A stretch of DNA of 64,000 bases from Thermoproteota archaeon (GCA_037917685.1 JAVCBU010000003.1:192001-256000), one strand, 5' to 3'; positions 1 through 10,250 are shown, counted from the stretch's first letter. The notes: generated by a model not told the origin, from the sequence alone. A program made the numbers and translations.

Positions 1-114
1 AGCTCTCACATGGTAAAGCATCAGAATAGTAAATAAATTATTCTAAGAGCTAAATACCAGACTTCTACATGGCAAGACAAGTTTATATTAATTCACAGCC
101 CCCTATATCTTAGT

Positions 115-501
115 ATGCCCGTGAAAAAGAGAAGAACCATATTCGACCTTTTCTCCGACATGTTCGAGAGCGACCTGGAAAACCTGATACCTGAAGGCGC
201 TGGGAGCTACAGCATAACTGTTTACACAGGCGAAGACGGGAGGGTTAAAGTTAGAGCTAAAGTCTCCGACGGAGCCACCGCCGAAAAACTGTTAGAAGAT
301 CTTAGAAGGAGATACGGCAGGAATGCAGATATAGAGATAGACACCCCCCACGGAAAGGTGTCAAATATCACCATAAGGTTTGTAGATGAAAACCAAGAAA
401 AACAGGATAAGGAAAAAGAGAGGGAAAAGGCGGAGAAGGGCTCGGGGGTAAGAATTAGGTTTACTAAGTCCGGGGAAACGCTGATAAGAGAGATAGAATA
501 G
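115..501 (+). CDS. hypothetical protein (charged, cytoplasmic)
   Basis: 128-aa ORF with a TATA-like TTTATATT about 30 nt upstream; no family motif recognised. Confidence 0.6.
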   Translation: MPVKKRRTIFDLFSDMFESDLENLIPEGAGSYSITVYTGEDGRVKVRAKVSDGATAEKLLEDLRRRYGRNADIEIDTPHGKVSNITIRFVDENQEKQDKEKEREKAEKGSGVRIRFTKSGETLIREIE

Positions 502-1092
502 CTATCCGGTAAATCTTATTATTACACCACCCCTCTCGACGCCTGCGAATCTAGCTATAACATCGCATTTAGCCTTCAATAAGTACGCCACCGGTGGCTC
601 AAGCACAGCCTCCTCATCTGTTAAGGTTTCATAATGGGCCATCCCCTTTGCAATGATCAGGTCAGCGGTGTTTAGCTTGTCTATAAGGCTTCTCCTAACC
701 ATCCCTGGAATGATGCTTGATGCGTCGCTTCCTGTTTCTGCTACGTCGTCGAAGTACCTTGAAAGCCTGAACATTCTATACTCTCTAATGGTCACGTCGT
801 CTTGGAAAGGTTTGGACTTTACAACCGCGGTAACCTTGCACCAGTAATCTCTAAGCACCTCAGCCAGCAAGCCGTCGATTACAGCCTCCCCGCAGTTATC
901 TAGTAGCATGTAGACGTTGTCTGCGGAGGACGCGGTGTCCATGATCCTGTCTACTACTGAGAAGTCATGGTGAACGCTTGAAAGCCTTGAAACTATTCCT
1001 ACGTCATATTTCTGGTCCGGGATACCTATGTCAAGGATGTTTGCTTCTACAGACATAATACGTACAGCTCTAAAACGATCTTCCCAGCTCAT
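502..1092 (-). pseudogene. 5'-truncated DUF89/ARMT1-like damage-control phosphatase
   Basis: Motifs LLDNCGE, KPFQDD, KGMAHYE, LLKAKC. Lacks the N-terminal CxxC region, and an in-frame stop lies 8 codons upstream of the ATG. Confidence 0.6.
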
Positions 1093-1140
1093 CCTGTGGA
1101 TTCTTCTCTCACATTAAAAAGGGATATAATGGGGAGGGGG

Positions 1141-2562
1141 TTATGAGCTGTATATAAGTTTACATTCATCCATTGTGACAGTTTTATCCCCGTTTTTATC
1201 GGTCCACATGACTACAATGGTTGTCGACTGGCCTATTCTTCCACCTATCAGGTAGAGAGCTGCTGCTTGAGTCCCGTACCTGGTGCATCCCTCTACGAAA
1301 ACTATCCATCTGGCATTCTCAGCATCCTTGTAAAGCCTTATTACTCCATAGTCCCTTTTAGCCCAGTCTCCCTTATTATAGGTCCAAGACATGTCTTCTA
1401 CCTTCAGGGTAATGCCTTCCTTTGAGAACTCGAATGATATTCCAGCGTCACTATTATACGTCTCTGACACCTTGCATGAGAGAGGCCCGCCCACAACAAC
1501 GAGGTTTCTACCAGTATCTTCACTAACAACTTCTCCCTTTATCTCCAGCGCTACCTTGATCTTCGTGGCTGATGCTCTGTCATATGTCCCACATGTTATA
1601 TCTGAGTCCTGAGCTGCCTTCGTCTTCCAGCCTTCAAGGTTTATGTCTATCATTCCTTCAGCCTCTGCCAGCATGCACGCGAGAGCCAGGGTGAGCCTTG
1701 TATTGTCAAATAAGATTTCGAAGTCTACATTGTTTTTAATCGTGTCTCTATCGCTGTGGATGTACGTGTTTGAGAAGGCATTCGAGTCCATTATGCATAT
1801 TGCTGGTACTCCAATCTTCAGGAATGACGCGTGGTCTGAAAACTCGTATCTACCGTACATTATCTCAGCGTCTACACCTATAGTCTCGGCAACTGTTATG
1901 GCTGTTTCTGCAAGGCTCATTTCACCCTCGGACGGGTTTCTCGACGGGGATGTTCCAACCCAGATACCGGTGGGCCTGTCCTTGGCAACCATGTCTAGCT
2001 GTACATTAAACTTGATGTTTTCCCCCTTATGCTCGGATACGTAGGCTCTTGAGCCGAATAGTCCCAGCTCCTCACCCGAGAAGAATACTATTCTCAGTGT
2101 ATGTTTTAGTTTCAGGTATGAGATGATTCTCGCAACTTCCAATAACGCTACAACCCCACTTCCATCATCATCTGCCCCGGGAGCCCTGTCAGAGGTATCC
2201 TCCCAGTTGACACTGTCAAAGTGGGCGCTGAAGACTATTATTTCGTCATCTCCCGGGAATTCTCCCACTACGTTAGGCACCACTACCGATGTGTCTCCCC
2301 ATGAAAGCCTATAGTATTCCAGGTGGACCTCCGCCCCGGCTTCCTCCAGCTTTTCAGCTAGGAAGTTAGCGCTCTCATTGATATACGGGGTTATCGTGAA
2401 CCGAGTATAGAACGAAGTCAACGTTTGAAGGTCGTCTTCAAGTCTCTCGATAGATACTTGATCGAGGATTTCAAGGTAGTTGAAAACCGTGCCTGCTGAT
2501 AGGCCCATAAAGACTTGGGACAGGACAATAAGAAGCAGTATGGTGGATAAGTGGATCCTCAT
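1141..2562 (-). CDS. secreted M28-family aminopeptidase with C-terminal S-layer-like domain
   Basis: Signal peptide; SAHFDS, GADDDGSG, GEELGLFGS, LDM, SDH motifs; C-terminal GGPL...GCTRYGT...WTDKNGD. Confidence 0.88.
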   Translation of the reverse strand: MRIHLSTILLLIVLSQVFMGLSAGTVFNYLEILDQVSIERLEDDLQTLTSFYTRFTITPYINESANFLAEKLEEAGAEVHLEYYRLSWGDTSVVVPNVVGEFPGDDEIIVFSAHFDSVNWEDTSDRAPGADDDGSGVVALLEVARIISYLKLKHTLRIVFFSGEELGLFGSRAYVSEHKGENIKFNVQLDMVAKDRPTGIWVGTSPSRNPSEGEMSLAETAITVAETIGVDAEIMYGRYEFSDHASFLKIGVPAICIMDSNAFSNTYIHSDRDTIKNNVDFEILFDNTRLTLALACMLAEAEGMIDINLEGWKTKAAQDSDITCGTYDRASATKIKVALEIKGEVVSEDTGRNLVVVGGPLSCKVSETYNSDAGISFEFSKEGITLKVEDMSWTYNKGDWAKRDYGVIRLYKDAENARWIVFVEGCTRYGTQAAALYLIGGRIGQSTTIVVMWTDKNGDKTVTMDECKLIYSS

Positions 2563-2628
2563 CGCTTTTTAAATCTTGTTGGAAACTCTTAAATTCATCC
2601 CTACCATTCAACTAATGAGCTTACGACG

Positions 2629-2958
2629 GTGGGTGATAGCTTGTACTGTGTTGTTTTCGTAATGGCGCCAATGGATTCCGCGAGGGAGATAGCCGAGCAC
2701 CTTGTTAATAAAAGACTTGCCGCGTGTGTGAACATTATAGACGGGGTTAGAAGCATCTACTGGTGGAAGGGTAAAGTTGAAGAGGCAAGCGAGTCTCTTA
2801 TCATAGCTAAAACCAAGCTTGAAATGTTTGACAGGGTTATGGATGCTGTAAGGAAGGTTCATCCATACGAGGTTCCAGAGATAATAGCCTTGAAGATCAC
2901 GGATGGGCTAAAAGAATATCTCTCGTGGATCGGAGAAAACGTCGAAGCAGACATCTGA
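2629..2958 (+). CDS. cutA: CutA divalent-cation tolerance protein
   Basis: LAACVN, SIYWWKGKVE, HPYEVPEII. Confidence 0.93.
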   Translation: MGDSLYCVVFVMAPMDSAREIAEHLVNKRLAACVNIIDGVRSIYWWKGKVEEASESLIIAKTKLEMFDRVMDAVRKVHPYEVPEIIALKITDGLKEYLSWIGENVEADI

Positions 2959-4131
2959 CATCGCTTCCCAAACATATGATTCAACCCTAGACGCTAGGAC
3001 ATAGACCATGGACCCGTCCTGGAGGACAGCATAGTATACACTACCAACTACTATCACCCCTTTCTCCGTAAGGTTTCCACGCCCTGTATACGCCTCCATG
3101 ACTGTTTCATAAAACCTTTCAGCATGTTCATCTGTGTCCCACAGCGTTGCCCATATAAGGAGGCTGTTATTATCCCTCGACTGTAATGTTAAATTATCGC
3201 CACGCCAGTTAAAGCTTATGTTTGTGTACTCTGGGCCAGCATTAACCCCTATGAAAACATTCACGAAAAATTCCCCCATCCTGTCCGAATACTCTATTTC
3301 AAATCCTGGTATGGTAGGAGCATAGACGGGTATGTAATGTACGCCAGCTATGTATCTATCTGGGTGGAGTATCTCCATAGTTGTAAGTGGTGGGTTTGAA
3401 TAGCATTCGTTAACGAGCCCCCATCCACCGGTGCTGTAGAGTTCCATGACGAAATCATCCCCGTAAGCGTAGGGGAACAGCCAGAGCATTCTCAGCGGCT
3501 GCGTGTAATTATCCGGGTATCCGAGGGAGACCCTGAATGGCGTATAATTGTAGTATCTAGTTGCAGCATTGTAAGCTGTTAGGAGGGCATCGCCCTCTAT
3601 TAGTGCGTACCATGCCATTTTCTCATCGTAGAGTTTCGGGCTATATCCGGGCAGGTTCTGCCTTTGAAGTATATGCGTCAACTCGTGAACAAGGATTTCC
3701 ACGGTGTAGGCTTCAGATTCTAGGTTGAGGTAGTCTTTCACTATGTAGACACTGTCTCCAACAGCCGCGGCCATGGCTGCACCCCTCTGTCCCTCAACAA
3801 TCTTCAGTAAATCCTCTTCCCAAGGGATTATTCCCAGAAGATGATATATCTCATTAAGCCTACGATACTTCCGTCTCTCAGCCTCCGACATCTTCCCCCA
3901 GTTTTCCCTTACCCAGCTTGATGTTACTAGCTTATAATTCACGTCAACGCTGAAATTTAGACCTCTTTCCCTAACTACCAGATCCTTGGAGGTTGAAAAC
4001 ATTCTCTCCAGAGTTTCCTCCTCTTCCCGTGGGGAAATAATGGTTAAGAGGAGTATGGCAGCTGTTATGGTTAAAACGATTATAATCACACTGTTTCTTG
4101 CTATTATTGTCTTATTTTTCCTGCTTATCAT
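2908..4131 (-). CDS. membrane-anchored zincin-like surface protein (Hvo_1808-like)
   Basis: N-terminal TM; HELTHILQ, ALIEGDA, FPYAYG, PPLTTMEILHP. Confidence 0.7.
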   Translation of the reverse strand: MISRKNKTIIARNSVIIIVLTITAAILLLTIISPREEEETLERMFSTSKDLVVRERGLNFSVDVNYKLVTSSWVRENWGKMSEAERRKYRRLNEIYHLLGIIPWEEDLLKIVEGQRGAAMAAAVGDSVYIVKDYLNLESEAYTVEILVHELTHILQRQNLPGYSPKLYDEKMAWYALIEGDALLTAYNAATRYYNYTPFRVSLGYPDNYTQPLRMLWLFPYAYGDDFVMELYSTGGWGLVNECYSNPPLTTMEILHPDRYIAGVHYIPVYAPTIPGFEIEYSDRMGEFFVNVFIGVNAGPEYTNISFNWRGDNLTLQSRDNNSLLIWATLWDTDEHAERFYETVMEAYTGRGNLTEKGVIVVGSVYYAVLQDGSMVYVLASRVESYVWEAMSDVCFDVFSDPREIFF

Positions 4132-4252
4132 GAAATCCTTAATATTCTCGCTAATGTTACTTATATTTTATCTTTAATCTATCATAGGATATAATAGGAT
4201 GTAATTGGGTGTTCATAACATTTTTAAGATGGTAAAGTTGCTGAGATAACGT

Positions 4253-4708
4253 ATGAAAGTTAGTAGAAACTGTGGTATTTCCACGATTGTTTCAATATCT
4301 ATAATTGCGGGTGCCGCGTTGCTCTTGGGCATCATAGTAGCCCTCTATTATACAAGTATCACTTCTCATTTATTTCGAAGCGAGCAACTCAAGATAAAAG
4401 GGTATACTATCAATTCTAACGGTGGGATCTATGTATGTCTCAAAATAAGCTGTACTGGTAATAAACCTATTACGATAACAGACATTCTTGTCAATGGGGT
4501 AAGGCTGGAAGATACAAATTTAAACATAGAGTTAACATGGGAAAGGGAAGGATCGACGGATCCTCAGCATGAACTACCCTTTACAATAAACCCAGGAGAA
4601 TCCGGGCTCCTAAAACTTTGGAGTGACTCGTGGTCCAAGGAGACAAGTTATGAGATAGCACTCCACACATCTACTGGAATAGACTACCCCCACGTCGTCA
4701 AGCCGTAG
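4253..4708 (+). CDS. archaeal type IV pilin-like protein
   Basis: Class III-like signal (RNCG|ISTIVS plus hydrophobic helix) and a beta-rich C-terminus; the -2 residue is atypical. Confidence 0.6.
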   Translation: MKVSRNCGISTIVSISIIAGAALLLGIIVALYYTSITSHLFRSEQLKIKGYTINSNGGIYVCLKISCTGNKPITITDILVNGVRLEDTNLNIELTWEREGSTDPQHELPFTINPGESGLLKLWSDSWSKETSYEIALHTSTGIDYPHVVKP

Positions 4709-4771
4709 CCTAGGCTGGCTTCGCTTGGGCTGGCCATAGAGATTCTCGCATGTGTACGCGTGATTCTAGGT

Positions 4772-6208
4772 TTAGCTCCAATCACCATTAAAGGTGTCTA
4801 TAATTTTTGAGACTACCTCTTTAGATTCCAGTACAACCCCTAACTCCCTATTTGAATCCATCGAGGTTGGTGTAAAGTTTGCAGATCCTACATATACCTT
4901 CATTCCGTCTATAACTATCATCTTAGCATGCATTGTTAGCCCCCTAGCCCACTTTACAAGCACTCCTGACTCCGAGAGCTCCCTGTAAGTATGAGTATTC
5001 GCATCGTTGTACTCCATTATGACCTTAACTGTTACTCCACTTCTTGCCTTCTGTTTGAGTATATTAATGAATTCGTTGTCGGTTATGTACTCAGCCTCTA
5101 TGAGTATGGTGTTTCTGGCCTCTGTTAGTAGAGAAATTAAGCCGTACCTCATGTTTCCCGGGGAGACAAGTATCTGGCTTACTGCTGGAGTGCTTTCCCC
5201 CTTCCAGTCGGCTAGAAAGACTTTCACCGCGTCCTGTACTGGGTCTCCCTTAACTATTGCCACGTATTCACGGTTGTGATGAAGTGATGAGTAAGCATAG
5301 TTTGCTGTACCCACCACTAAGGTCTCGCCATCTATTATTGCGAATTTTGCATGTACATTTGGATAGCGTGAAGAATCCCATTTCACATTCACACCTGAAG
5401 CTATCAGCCTATAGTAGGCTTCAACATTTATATCCGGGGCACCATAGGGGCTTCTCTCAAGAATTACTCTAACATCCACACCTCTCCTGGCAGAGCTTTC
5501 AAAGATAGAAATTATCTCATCGTTAGTGAGTATATATACCTCAACCCATAGAGACTTCCTTGCCGATCCCAAAATGTTGAGGAATATGTGAGACTCCTCC
5601 GGGAGCATCAGTACACTTTCTGTCTGAGCAGCCTCGTTCATCGCCAGAACTTTTACCTCGGACTCTTCAACAACCATGTCATCATTCGAGTCCTCCCACT
5701 TTAAAACTACGTATCCCGAGACCAGCTGAGAAGCTGAAGACTTCAAGTATAGACAGGCAGCCCTAGTTCCATATCTCGTGCATCCTGCAACAAGCAAGAG
5801 GTTATCTCTTACTGCTATAACTGCGACATCCTCGCCAAGTGTGTAGTTAGCCTTGTAGGTGACAGCTCCGACTTGAACATAGTTCGTATCTCCCCTTCTC
5901 CAAAACCTTATCCCATAGAACCTTGGTTCAAACCTTAAAGCAGCCATGTTTGCAAGAGGCCCCCCTACAATAACTGTAGGCTTACCCTCCTCAGCTTCCT
6001 CTATCCATCGGTCGCTGTCGCATCTAATATATCCGTCAAATAGCTCGGTAACTATGCTAGCAGATATGTAGTCGTCGACATACCCTGGAGCCATAGACCC
6101 AACTATGACATTTGCATTTCTAAACCTAGCTGCCACCGGCTGAAACTGGGCTAGCAGGACAATTACCAGAAGGGGTAAAGATAACCTCATCTTCAGCAAT
6201 CCTACCAA
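4772..6208 (-). CDS. secreted phospholipase D/nuclease-family protein with N-terminal S-layer-like domain
   Basis: Signal peptide; two HKD motifs (HAKFAIIDG, HAKMIVIDG); N-terminal GGPLAN...AGCTRYGT...WEDSNDD. Confidence 0.88.
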   Translation of the reverse strand: MVGLLKMRLSLPLLVIVLLAQFQPVAARFRNANVIVGSMAPGYVDDYISASIVTELFDGYIRCDSDRWIEEAEEGKPTVIVGGPLANMAALRFEPRFYGIRFWRRGDTNYVQVGAVTYKANYTLGEDVAVIAVRDNLLLVAGCTRYGTRAACLYLKSSASQLVSGYVVLKWEDSNDDMVVEESEVKVLAMNEAAQTESVLMLPEESHIFLNILGSARKSLWVEVYILTNDEIISIFESSARRGVDVRVILERSPYGAPDINVEAYYRLIASGVNVKWDSSRYPNVHAKFAIIDGETLVVGTANYAYSSLHHNREYVAIVKGDPVQDAVKVFLADWKGESTPAVSQILVSPGNMRYGLISLLTEARNTILIEAEYITDNEFINILKQKARSGVTVKVIMEYNDANTHTYRELSESGVLVKWARGLTMHAKMIVIDGMKVYVGSANFTPTSMDSNRELGVVLESKEVVSKIIDTFNGDWS

Positions 6209-6328
6209 TGAAATTAAAGGTTTTAACCATTTCTATATGTGTGCCCGCCTTTACTATTATTGATGGTAAAGGCATAAGACTGCATTCTCAACGTAATGTT
6301 TTAATGCCTCCCTCCATTATAAACCAAT

Positions 6329-6760
6329 ATGCTTCCTAATAAGTTATCCTACACTGTAAGTGTAGAATGGGACGGGGAAACAGGCGGATATGCCAGGCTT
6401 GGCAAGGGGAAAGAAGTAAGAGTAGATACTCCACCTGAGTTTCAGGGGAGGGGAGTAGGATACTGTCCAGATGAGCTGTTTGTCAGCTCAATAGCCTCCT
6501 GTGTTCTAACCACCTTTCTATATTTCAAGAATAAGCTTAAGCTAGAGCTCAAAGGTCTAAGCGTAAAGGCATATATGAAAGTTGTAAGGGAGGAAACAGG
6601 TTATTGGATAAGAGGGTTGGAGATTAAGGTAACAGGTAGCGTGGAGAAGGAGGAGAGGGAGAAGTTCATGAAGTGTTTGCAACTGGCAAAGAAGTACTGC
6701 CACATCACTAGGGCCCTATCGGACGTCGGTCTACAAATAACCGGGGAGATTAAAGAGTAA
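6329..6760 (+). CDS. OsmC family protein
   Basis: DTPPEFQG, CPDELF..SIASC, KYCHITRAL. Confidence 0.88.
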   Translation: MLPNKLSYTVSVEWDGETGGYARLGKGKEVRVDTPPEFQGRGVGYCPDELFVSSIASCVLTTFLYFKNKLKLELKGLSVKAYMKVVREETGYWIRGLEIKVTGSVEKEEREKFMKCLQLAKKYCHITRALSDVGLQITGEIKE

Positions 6761-6818
6761 GCGCGCTTGAAACTGGATAGGGATAGGGTAAATAATGGCA
6801 GTAGGCGTTATTAATAGT

Positions 6819-6863
6819 AAACCCAGCCCTAACATCAAAAAGTAGGGCTTGGGTTTTTGATGT
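6819..6863. terminator. hairpin between convergent genes (candidate bidirectional terminator)
   Basis: AAACCCAGCCCTA / TAGGGCTTGGGTTT arms followed by a T-run; an alternative pairing ACATCAAAAA/TTTTTGATGT is possible. Confidence 0.4.
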
Positions 6864-6880
6864 GCTGCTTGGTTGGCGTT

Positions 6881-8137
6881 TTAAGCTGGGTGTTTTACCA
6901 GTCTCCTGTAGCCTAGCACACCTATTAGGTAGGCTACCGCTGCCCCTGCCACTACTGGGGGGAGTGATGGGAGTATCTCCTGTACACTGGCCCCAAATAC
7001 GACGGCTTCCCTTACGGATTCTATAGCCTTTGTGAGGGGGAAGAGTCTTGCGATGATTCTTAGGCTCTTCGGAAGGATAAACTCTGGGATTATGAGTCCT
7101 GTGAAGAACATTAGAGGCCACGTGATCACGGTGGCTATTCCGCTGGCTCCTTTAACTGTCTTGGCCACCATTGAGATGATAAGCCCGCAGCCAATCATCA
7201 TGATACCTCCTAGGAGCAGTATTAGAGCCGACAGCATGTGGGCCGGGTTCAAGGGGTTAAATGTTATGTCAGCGTTATGTACTAGTACTCCGTAGACTAT
7301 GCATGAGGCTGCGGAGATCAGTAGGGAAACTATTTCGGCCAGGGTTTTTCCAATGAGCACTTCCCATGGGCTGACGGGCGCGGAGAGGAGCCTTGCAAGT
7401 GTACTTTTCTCTTTCTCTGCTATGATCGCTGTTGAGGCTCCAATCATGCCTGAGAACATGAACTGCACGCCGATCATTCCAATGGTGTACCATCCTATGA
7501 TCTTCTCCCTTGTGGCCAGTGATTCAGGCACAATCTCCTCTATCACGTATTTAATTGGCTTGGCGATACCCTCCAAGTACTCCTTTATCTGTGCAACTTC
7601 CACTTCCTCTTCGGATACGTAGTTTTTCATCTCTTGCATTGCAATTTTAATCCTATACTTGCTGACGTCTTCATTTATTGCCGTTAGGAATCCGTCTATT
7701 ATGCTTTTTACGACCTGCTTCTTGTTGATGTCTCCTGCAGCTATGTACACCTTAACGGTTGCTGAGAGGCCTCTAGTCATGTTTGCTGTGAAGCCTTCTG
7801 GGAAGATAAGTCCAAGGTCAGCCTTACCGCTTTCGACTTCTGACAATACCTCGTCGCTACTGTTTAGAATCCTAACCTTGAAGAGGGGTTCCCCTCCAAT
7901 GCTCGCCAGCTCCATGACCCTCCTGACAAGTCCAGGGCCGAGCTCACCGCTGAATCCCTCCTCTGAGAACATCACAGCGTTAAAGGTCATTGGTTTACCG
8001 TCTTTCGGTATCCATAGGACTGTGGATAGCGTTATGAACATCAGTGGGAACACTATAACCCAGAACACTGTCATCTTATCTCTAAAGGTGTGCCTTAAAT
8101 CCTTCAGGGCTATACCGAGAACTGCTCTTAGCCTCAT
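6881..8137 (-). CDS. ABC-2 type exporter permease
   Basis: N-terminal TM, extracytoplasmic domain, EKEKSTLARLLSAPVS, FPLTKAIESVR. Confidence 0.9.
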   Translation of the reverse strand: MRLRAVLGIALKDLRHTFRDKMTVFWVIVFPLMFITLSTVLWIPKDGKPMTFNAVMFSEEGFSGELGPGLVRRVMELASIGGEPLFKVRILNSSDEVLSEVESGKADLGLIFPEGFTANMTRGLSATVKVYIAAGDINKKQVVKSIIDGFLTAINEDVSKYRIKIAMQEMKNYVSEEEVEVAQIKEYLEGIAKPIKYVIEEIVPESLATREKIIGWYTIGMIGVQFMFSGMIGASTAIIAEKEKSTLARLLSAPVSPWEVLIGKTLAEIVSLLISAASCIVYGVLVHNADITFNPLNPAHMLSALILLLGGIMMIGCGLIISMVAKTVKGASGIATVITWPLMFFTGLIIPEFILPKSLRIIARLFPLTKAIESVREAVVFGASVQEILPSLPPVVAGAAVAYLIGVLGYRRLVKHPA

Positions 8138-9060
8138 TCTCTCAACCTCCTACCTGTTAGCTTTATGAAAACGTCCTCAAGGGTTGGCTCCGTGATATTA
8201 ACGCTTAAAACACGGGAGCCTGAGTCTAGAACAGACTCTACAACCCTCGGAAGTATAGGGTCGGGATCCCTGGTATAAAGCCTTATGACATCATCCTCTA
8301 CCATGGGCTCCTCCTCAGAGTATTGCTTCAAAGCATCCAGCAAGCTTTCAGACCGGGCTACAACCTTAAGCTCTATAACAGATAGGTCTCCGAGTCTTCT
8401 CTTAAGCTCGTCGGGGGAGTCCATGGCGATTATTCTGCCCCTGTCCATGATGGCAACCCTGTTGCATAGGTAGTCGGCCTCCTCCATGTAGTGGGTGGCG
8501 ATCAGTATAGCTCTCCCCTCACTTCTTAGTCCCTTAATCAAGTCCCACATCTCCCTCCTTATAGCCGGGTCAAGCCCTGTGGTTGGCTCGTCGAGAATCA
8601 CGATTTTGGGCTCGTTAATCAGGGATGCCGCGAGGTTAAGCCTTTTCTTCATCCCGCCAGAGAACTTTTTAACCCTGATGTCTGCCTTGTTTTTGAGGCC
8701 TATAAGCTCTAGAAGCCTTGCAGCCCTCTTCTTAGCCTCCCCACCCGGGATGTCGTAGAGGGAGGCGTAGAACATGAGATTCTCCCATGCCGAGTGGTCA
8801 TCATAGACAATACTCTCCTGGGGGCAGTAACCTATGAGACGCCTAGCCTCAATACTTCTAGGATTATAGCCGCCGACCCTAACCATGCCCTTGGACTCTT
8901 CCAGTATCCCTGACAGGATGCGTAGAAGCGTGGTTTTACCAGCTCCGTTTGGCCCTAGGATACCGAATATCTCTCCATACCTGACTTTGAAGCTGACCCT
9001 ATCAAGAGCCTTAAAACCATTGTAAAACATGGTCAGCTCTGAAACCTCCACCGCGTACAT
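8134..9060 (-). CDS. ABC exporter ATP-binding protein (DrrA-like)
   Basis: GPNGAGKTT, FSGGMK, LDEPTTGLD, EPTLEDVF. Confidence 0.95.
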   Translation of the reverse strand: MYAVEVSELTMFYNGFKALDRVSFKVRYGEIFGILGPNGAGKTTLLRILSGILEESKGMVRVGGYNPRSIEARRLIGYCPQESIVYDDHSAWENLMFYASLYDIPGGEAKKRAARLLELIGLKNKADIRVKKFSGGMKKRLNLAASLINEPKIVILDEPTTGLDPAIRREMWDLIKGLRSEGRAILIATHYMEEADYLCNRVAIMDRGRIIAMDSPDELKRRLGDLSVIELKVVARSESLLDALKQYSEEEPMVEDDVIRLYTRDPDPILPRVVESVLDSGSRVLSVNITEPTLEDVFIKLTGRRLRE

Positions 9061-9108
9061 AGTACATCAGCAATATATAGTGATGTGCTCTAAATAATTG
9101 TACCAAAT

Positions 9109-9132
9109 ACTCTGTAATGCAGAGATACTTTG
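9109..9132. promoter_or_regulatory. candidate operator in divergent promoter region
   Basis: ACTCTG-taatg-CAGAGA inverted repeat followed by a second half-site ACTTTG. Confidence 0.35.
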
Positions 9133-9189
9133 AAACCATGGAGGCTGAGTCTCCACGTTTAACGCGTAAATTGAAATGCCAGGCCTACG

Positions 9190-9897
9190 ATGGAAAACTC
9201 TAAAATATTCAGCCGGGACTTGTTGTCTGTGGAAACTGGGGACTCGGAGCTTGAAGATCTTAAACGGTTACTGGAGAGCCTCCGCTTCCTAGAGAGATAC
9301 CTCCTATTCATATCGATCAGGGAGGTCTCTCTCTACTATTTTGGCTGGGCGATAGCTGTGATAATCGGCGGCACTGCATCAGGCCTCATATGGGAGGCTT
9401 TTCAAGGTGGAACCATCACCACCGCGTCTATAACAATCTTATGGGTGTGTCTCGCCTTTATAGTCGGGTTCCTGTCACGCAGAGCCTTTAAACACCAGAA
9501 AATATACATACTGTCAAGGCTACCACGGGAGAAGAGAGACCAGTATTCTCTAAGGTTTAAAAAGATAAGCCGTAAAATCGGACTTGCATGGGCATCGCTA
9601 TCTATAGCTCTATACCTAATCGGCATCCCCCTACTTTCAAGGATGATTCCCATTGAAAGAGCTACCAGCTTTGTAATACTTGCATTTGTCGCATTGGGAA
9701 ACATAGCAACATACTATTATAACCGGAAAGAAAAGATTCCCCTGCTTGTCGGAATAGCTCTCCTAGCAGGTAGCCCTGCTATATTCGTATTGAGCTTGGG
9801 CTATGTGTACCTGTATATGACGCTTCTAATATTCGTTGTATACATGCTTGCAGGAATAGCGTATCTGAACAAGGCAGACAAGGTACTGGGGTTCTAG
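9190..9897 (+). CDS. multi-pass membrane protein
   Basis: About 6 hydrophobic helices; adjacent to the downstream regulator. Confidence 0.75.
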   Translation: MENSKIFSRDLLSVETGDSELEDLKRLLESLRFLERYLLFISIREVSLYYFGWAIAVIIGGTASGLIWEAFQGGTITTASITILWVCLAFIVGFLSRRAFKHQKIYILSRLPREKRDQYSLRFKKISRKIGLAWASLSIALYLIGIPLLSRMIPIERATSFVILAFVALGNIATYYYNRKEKIPLLVGIALLAGSPAIFVLSLGYVYLYMTLLIFVVYMLAGIAYLNKADKVLGF

Positions 9898-9898
9898 G

Positions 9899-10225
9899 TT
9901 GGAAGCCATCAGAAAGCTTGCAGAAGCTTCGAAAGCAAACCCCTTGTTAGCTCAGCCCACCAGGCTGTCAATAATGCTCATTCTACTTGTTAAGGGAAGC
10001 GCTCCTTTCACGGAGCTCCAGAAAATCCTAAACTTGACACCTGGAAACCTTGGAAGCCACATAGAAAGACTTGAAAAGGAAGGATACGTTATTCGGAGGA
10101 AGGGCTTCAGACTATTCAGATACATAACCTACATAAATATAACCGAGAAGGGGGCTGTGGAAACGCTGAGCTTCATCTCAGACTTGAAGAATGCTATTGA
10201 AAGCCTCCCCCTAAAACTGAAATGA
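9899..10225 (+). CDS. winged-helix transcriptional regulator (HTH_34/MarR-ArsR-like)
   Basis: PTRLSIM..L, FTELQKILNLTPGNLGSHIERLEKEGYV, ITEKG. Confidence 0.88.
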   Translation: MEAIRKLAEASKANPLLAQPTRLSIMLILLVKGSAPFTELQKILNLTPGNLGSHIERLEKEGYVIRRKGFRLFRYITYINITEKGAVETLSFISDLKNAIESLPLKLK

Positions 10226-10250
10226 TCATGTCGGTATCAACACCATTAAC

